A stretch of 58,604 bases of DNA from Candidatus Bathyarchaeota archaeon (GTDB lineage: Archaea; Thermoproteota; Bathyarchaeia; Bathyarchaeales; Bathycorpusculaceae), in contig PIXZ01000001.1 of the NCBI GenBank assembly GCA_003601605.1, forward strand, positions 1 through 58,604. Reading direction: 5' to 3'. The notes under the pieces are model-generated. The model was not told the origin of the DNA. It saw nothing but the letters and a program-made list of their open reading frames with translations, and did not search any database. Below are positions 54,416 through 58,604 of this stretch, one piece after another (position 1 is the first letter of the stretch; each line of letters begins with the position of its first letter). Made by a program: the position numbers and the translations under genes.

Positions 54416-54493
54416 ATGCGTGCTAAATGGAAAAAGAAAAAGATGCGCCGCCAGAAAAAGAAGAGGAAGAAGAGACGGGCAAGATACAAGTAG
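54416..54493 (+). CDS. rpl41e: Ribosomal protein eL41 (25 aa), absent from the ORF track
   Basis: Translation MRAKWKKKKMRRQKKKRKKRRARYK* closely matches the eukaryotic/archaeal L41e consensus MRAKW.KKRMRR.KRKRR. AGGAG lies at 54402-54406. An alternative ATG at 54410 would add ML. Confidence 0.8.
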   Translation: MRAKWKKKKMRRQKKKRKKRRARYK

Positions 54494-54638
54494 CTTGGCT
54501 TTTAGAGTGTTTCTAAATTGTTGTTGGGAGTTTTAAGTTGAGTTAATATTGGGCGTGCATATAACTTATTAAGACTTGCGACACACTATATTTTAATGCG
54601 GGTAAACCACACGCTAAACCCTTAAGGAGCCTTACAAC

Positions 54639-56198
54639 TTGAAAAAACCTAAGTCGAAAACTGCAAAAACAATAGAAGAACCAGTAGGGATAATACTAAA
54701 AGAAAAGGGAAAAAAGCCAGCAGTCTTTAGAGAAGTTTACCCAATACAAGAACCTTACGTTTACGCTGCCATAGTTAAAGACCCAGCAACCCAGAAAACC
54801 CTCTACGAGGTTATAGAACCCACACTGCAAGAAGAAGAGCAGAAACGCCTTCAAGAAACTAAAAACTTTATCATGGAAGAAGTGGATGTAAGCCTAAAAG
54901 AGATAGAAACCAAAGAAAAAGCAGAAAAATATCTGAAAGAAAAAACAAAAGAAATTATCAGAAAATACAAGATAAAGATTCCACAAGAATCTATTGATAA
55001 ACTAACCTATTACATTGTAAGAGATTTTCTAGGTTACGGAAAAATAGATCCACTAATGAAAGACCATTTAATAGAAGATATTTCCGCTGATGGTGTCAAC
55101 ATACCCATATACGTTTGGCATAGGGTTTACGAGTCCTTACCCACAAACATACTATTCGAAGATGAAGCAGAGCTGAACTCTTTCATAATACGCCTTGCAT
55201 ACTTGGCTGGAAAAAACATTTCACTCGCATCACCCATACTAGACGCTTCCCTTCCAGACGGAAGCCGCATCCAACTAACCTACGGAAACGAAGTTACTAG
55301 AAGAGGCTCAACCTTCACTATCCGACGTTTCAGAGTAGATCCTCTAACAATTTCAGATTTAATCGCTTTCAACACCCTTTCATCGGAAATGGCTGCATAC
55401 CTATGGTATATAATTGAGCACAGAGCCTCTGTCCTAGTTGCTGGCGGAGTAGCCTCTGGAAAAACCACGATGTTGAACTGTCTCTCCATGTTCATAAAGC
55501 CTGAAATGAAAATAGTAAGCGTAGAAGACACGCAAGAACTGAACCTTCCCCACGAAAACTGGATACCATCCGTTGTGAGACTCGGCTTTGGACATGAAAG
55601 CAAAAGGGAAGGCACAATTACCCTCTTCGACTTGCTTAAAGCTGCTGTAAGACAAAGACCAGACTATATTATTGTAGGCGAAGTTCGCGGAGAAGAGGCC
55701 TACACGCTGTTTCAGGCAATGGCCACAGGACATCTCGGAATGAGCACTATACACGCAGAATCAGTCGAAGCCGTCATAAATCGGCTGGAGTCTGAACCCA
55801 TGAACATTCCTAAAACTCTCATAGCAATGACCGACGTTATCATGGTTATGGCAAGAACAGAAATTGAAGGAAAACCCGCCAGAAGAGTGAGAACAACCGC
55901 GGAAATTGTAGAGTTGGACCCGAAAACGCGGGAGATACTAACGGAAGAAGTTTTCCGTTGGAATGCGAAACAAGACAAGTTTGTCTTTTCCGGGCGCAGC
56001 ACAATTTTGAAGAAAAACATGAAAAAGCTTGGTCTTGACGAAAAGGATGTTAAAAGCGAACTTCGCCGCAGAAAAACTGTTTTGGAGTGGATGGTGCACA
56101 AGGGAATTCGCCGCCACGCAGAAGTTGCCAACGTTATACGAGAATATTACATTAACCCGAAACGTGTTTTCCAAAAAGCAAGAGTGGGACTAAAGTGA
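54639..56198 (+). CDS. Type IV filament assembly ATPase (FlaI/PilB/TadA-like), paralog of 25521-27164
   Basis: Walker A GGVASGKTT, Walker B DYIIVGEVRG, His box TGHLGMSTIHA, IEDISADG. TTG start. Confidence 0.9.
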   Translation: MKKPKSKTAKTIEEPVGIILKEKGKKPAVFREVYPIQEPYVYAAIVKDPATQKTLYEVIEPTLQEEEQKRLQETKNFIMEEVDVSLKEIETKEKAEKYLKEKTKEIIRKYKIKIPQESIDKLTYYIVRDFLGYGKIDPLMKDHLIEDISADGVNIPIYVWHRVYESLPTNILFEDEAELNSFIIRLAYLAGKNISLASPILDASLPDGSRIQLTYGNEVTRRGSTFTIRRFRVDPLTISDLIAFNTLSSEMAAYLWYIIEHRASVLVAGGVASGKTTMLNCLSMFIKPEMKIVSVEDTQELNLPHENWIPSVVRLGFGHESKREGTITLFDLLKAAVRQRPDYIIVGEVRGEEAYTLFQAMATGHLGMSTIHAESVEAVINRLESEPMNIPKTLIAMTDVIMVMARTEIEGKPARRVRTTAEIVELDPKTREILTEEVFRWNAKQDKFVFSGRSTILKKNMKKLGLDEKDVKSELRRRKTVLEWMVHKGIRRHAEVANVIREYYINPKRVFQKARVGLK

Positions 56199-57202
56199 AA
56201 AGCAAAATATTAGAAAAAATCAAAGAAATCCTAACACGCTTCCAACGAATTTCTAAATTGCCATTCCCAAGGGTTCCAAAAACCTCTAAAGAAACGCTGC
56301 AAGAGAAAACGAAAGCCGCATCAAAGGGGTTTCACTCCTTCGCCTACCAAGTTATTGGAGAAAAAATAGGGCGGATTCTCCCTCTTTTCAGAGATTTAGA
56401 TTCGAGTTTGCAAAAAGCTGGAATAAAAATCAGTTTTAAAGCTTATGTCAGCCTAACAGTTTTCACCACATTTTTAATAGCTCTAGCAACTCTTGCTTTT
56501 ATACCATGCTTTTTGATTTTTGCTTTCCATATGCCAGCATTTCCAGCAATTCTATTCGGAATCGGTGGAAGCCTCTTCACATGCGCCTTTTCAGTCATAG
56601 GCTTTTACATCTATCCAATTTACCGAGCAGACAAACTTAAAAGAGAGTTAGAAGACGAGTTGCCCTTCACTACCGGGTATATGGCAATTCTTGCAAGCGC
56701 TGGCGTTCCACCAGAAAAAATTTTCTACTCTCTTTCAAATCTCAGCGTACCCCTAGCTGTATCCAAGGAAGCAAAAAACATTGTTACAGACATAAATCTT
56801 TTCGGTTTAGATGTGATTTCATCCTTAGAAAAAGCGTCTAAACGGACACCTTCAGAAAAATTCCATGAAATGCTTGAAGGCTTTATTTCCACAATACATT
56901 CAGGCGGCAATTTAGCAGCGTATCTTCGTGAAAAGTCAAGGCAGTACATGAGGCTTAAAAGGATAAGTTTGAAAAAGTTTTCAGACACCTTATCAATTCT
57001 CGCTGAATTCTATATATCTTTGCTTATAACTGGACCGTTACTCTTTGTTATAATGTTAGCAGTTATGGCAATGATGGGCGGCGGCACATTAGGAGGTATA
57101 CTGGCTCCAGACCTCTTACTTAACTTGATTACATACATTGGAATACCGTTGGCCTCAATAATGTTTCTGATAATATTGGACACCGTATCACCTAAATGGT
57201 AA
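56195..57202 (+). CDS. Platform protein, first half-size FlaJ/TadB-like subunit
   Basis: 335 aa. TM pair, one T2SSF-like domain (LPFTTGYMAILASAGVPPEKIF...), then C-terminal TMs. 4-nt overlap with the ATPase gene. Confidence 0.8.
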   Translation: MKSKILEKIKEILTRFQRISKLPFPRVPKTSKETLQEKTKAASKGFHSFAYQVIGEKIGRILPLFRDLDSSLQKAGIKISFKAYVSLTVFTTFLIALATLAFIPCFLIFAFHMPAFPAILFGIGGSLFTCAFSVIGFYIYPIYRADKLKRELEDELPFTTGYMAILASAGVPPEKIFYSLSNLSVPLAVSKEAKNIVTDINLFGLDVISSLEKASKRTPSEKFHEMLEGFISTIHSGGNLAAYLREKSRQYMRLKRISLKKFSDTLSILAEFYISLLITGPLLFVIMLAVMAMMGGGTLGGILAPDLLLNLITYIGIPLASIMFLIILDTVSPKW

Positions 57203-58023
57203 TAGAAATGCCGAAAGTAGAGGAAAAAGAGAAAAAATTCGCCTGGATTATATCTGTTTCATTAGCCATAACCCTAATAGCTTTTGGATATGTAATGTTT
57301 GGGTTCACTCGCGCCTTCGATGAATTCGTCTTTTTCGCGGTGATAATCGCTGTTTTTCCTCCGACAGTGTTAAACTACTTGGATTACAGATGGAGAAAAG
57401 ATGTAGACAACCACTTGCCCGACCTTTTCCGAAGTATAGTTCAAGCCCAAAAGACAGGAATGACCCTTCCCCAGGCTTTGGAAGAGATTTCTAAAAGAAA
57501 GTACGGACCGTTAACAGCGGAGTTGAAGAAAATGAATGCTCAGATTTCGTGGGGTATGACTTTTGAAGAGGCTCTTTTAGCTTTGGGAAAACGTGTAAAC
57601 ACTGTTCTTATGCAGAGAACTGTGCCTTTAATAATTGAGGCAAGCCGTTCTGGTGGACGTGTAGAAAAGGTTTTTGAGCCTACTGGCAAGTTCGTGCGAA
57701 CCACTCTTTTGTTAGATAAGGAGAGAAGAAACCAAACCCGCCCATACATCGCTATAATCTATGTGGCTTTTTTCGTTTACCTGTTTACCATAATTTTGCT
57801 TTTCAAATCCTTCTTCGTGAACATAGAAGGACTACCGTTGCTTGGAAGCCCAGTCATGGCACCTCAAGAAATGCAACGCATGTTCTTCCACATGACGGCA
57901 ATTCAGGCTTTTTTTGGAGGATTAGTGGCGGGAAAAATGGGCGAAGGAACAATAAACGCTGGGTTGAAACACAGCCTGATAATGATGCTCTGCGGCTACA
58001 TAGCCTTAAAACTGTTTCTTTGA
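57196..58023 (+). CDS. Platform protein, second half-size FlaJ/TadC-like subunit
   Basis: 275 aa. TM pair, one T2SSF-like domain (LPDLFRSIVQAQKTGMTLPQALEEIS...), then C-terminal TMs. 7-nt ATGGTAA overlap with the preceding gene. Confidence 0.8.
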   Translation: MVIEMPKVEEKEKKFAWIISVSLAITLIAFGYVMFGFTRAFDEFVFFAVIIAVFPPTVLNYLDYRWRKDVDNHLPDLFRSIVQAQKTGMTLPQALEEISKRKYGPLTAELKKMNAQISWGMTFEEALLALGKRVNTVLMQRTVPLIIEASRSGGRVEKVFEPTGKFVRTTLLLDKERRNQTRPYIAIIYVAFFVYLFTIILLFKSFFVNIEGLPLLGSPVMAPQEMQRMFFHMTAIQAFFGGLVAGKMGEGTINAGLKHSLIMMLCGYIALKLFL

Positions 58024-58034
58024 GGTGAACATGA

Positions 58035-58457
58035 ATGGCAAAAAGAAAAATTAAACATTTGTTCAGGGACAGACGGGCTATAACTCCGGTTTTAAGCAAT
58101 CTTTTGCTTATGGTTGTGGCAGTAGCCGCTATGTCCATCGCCACAACAGCCACCTACGTTATAACAACAAACCTTAGAGAAACCATGAGCGAACGTCTCA
58201 TCACAGAAGATGTGTGGTTTAACAATTCCACAAACAACATCAACGTCTACCTGCGCAACGTTGGAAAAGTGGCAGTGCAAATTTCAGCAGTTTATGTAAA
58301 TCACACTTCCCAAGCTTTCACAGCACCCTCCAGTTTAGAAATAGGCAGTCACGGCTGGCTTAACATCTCATACGGCTGGGTTTCCCAAAGCCTGTATTAC
58401 ATAGATATTGTCACATCAAGGGGGACGCATATTGGAGGCTATTATAAGGCGCCTTAA
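58035..58457 (+). CDS. Archaeal type IV pilin (class III signal peptide)
   Basis: MAKRKIKHLFRDRRAITPVLSNLLLMVVAVAAMSIATTATYV, 140 aa. Confidence 0.85.
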   Translation: MAKRKIKHLFRDRRAITPVLSNLLLMVVAVAAMSIATTATYVITTNLRETMSERLITEDVWFNNSTNNINVYLRNVGKVAVQISAVYVNHTSQAFTAPSSLEIGSHGWLNISYGWVSQSLYYIDIVTSRGTHIGGYYKAP

Positions 58458-58604
58458 ACGCGACAAACGCGGTGTAAGCAACGTTATAGTTGTTATGCTA
58501 AGCCTAATTCTAATCGTCATTATAGTAGCTAATGTGGTTTTGTGGAGTTACCAAATGAACCAGTTTGACTGGGAAAAAATGCAGGAAAACATCGAAATCC
58601 TCAA
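58432..58604 (+). CDS. Pilin-like protein, 5' fragment truncated by the window end (absent from the ORF track)
   Basis: The TTG at 58432 opens MEAIIRRLKRDKRGVSNVIVVMLSLILIVIIVANVVLWSY..., a class III-like signal peptide. The frame is open to the last base and overlaps the upstream pilin gene by 26 nt. Confidence 0.6.
   Translation, partial: MEAIIRRLKRDKRGVSNVIVVMLSLILIVIIVANVVLWSYQMNQFDWEKMQENIEIL

Noticed and set aside
1-58604. Looked for tRNA (T-arm GGTTCRAATCC-like), rRNA, CRISPR repeat arrays, integrase or transposase genes and long terminal inverted repeats
   Set aside because: None was seen by eye in any intergenic region. All spacers longer than 100 bp look like AT-rich promoter or terminator regions. 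A tRNAscan, Infernal and CRISPR-finder run would be needed to exclude them formally.

Overview
This is a gene-dense archaeal chromosomal segment. Ribosomal proteins L13e, L15e and eL41, RNase P proteins Pop5 and Rpp30, archaeosine TGT, XPD, PAC2, prefoldin beta, CofE and a class-III-signal-peptide pilin repertoire point to a TACK-type archaeon; this is an inference. By eye I found no rRNA, tRNA, CRISPR array, integrase or transposase. Beyond housekeeping genes, three accessory themes stand out. (1) A cell-envelope/glycosylation island at about 6.5-20.6 kb holds GT4 x2, GT2 x3, a 1261-aa GT-C-like membrane protein with a discoidin domain and a 1014-aa secreted sequon-rich protein. Its promoters share a 13-bp palindrome TTCNGAWTCNGAA that I saw nowhere else in the window. 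(2) A self-contained type IV filament locus at 22.5-36.1 kb runs surface beta-helix/PKD/Ig-repeat adhesin, FlaI-like ATPase, FlaJ-like platform, five atypical and mostly large pilin-like proteins, a canonical small pilin and a prepilin peptidase. One of its pilin genes has no canonical start codon and is in frame with the platform gene across a single TAG. (3) A second, Epd/Tad-like pilus locus at 54.6 kb to the window end has a platform split into two genes. Smaller observations are a rhomboid protease gene broken by an exact 14-bp tandem duplication, an eL41 microgene missing from the ORF track, a C/D-box-like sRNA candidate downstream of pop5, and a pilin-like gene truncated by the window end. 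All family calls come from motif and sequence recognition by eye; no searches were run.
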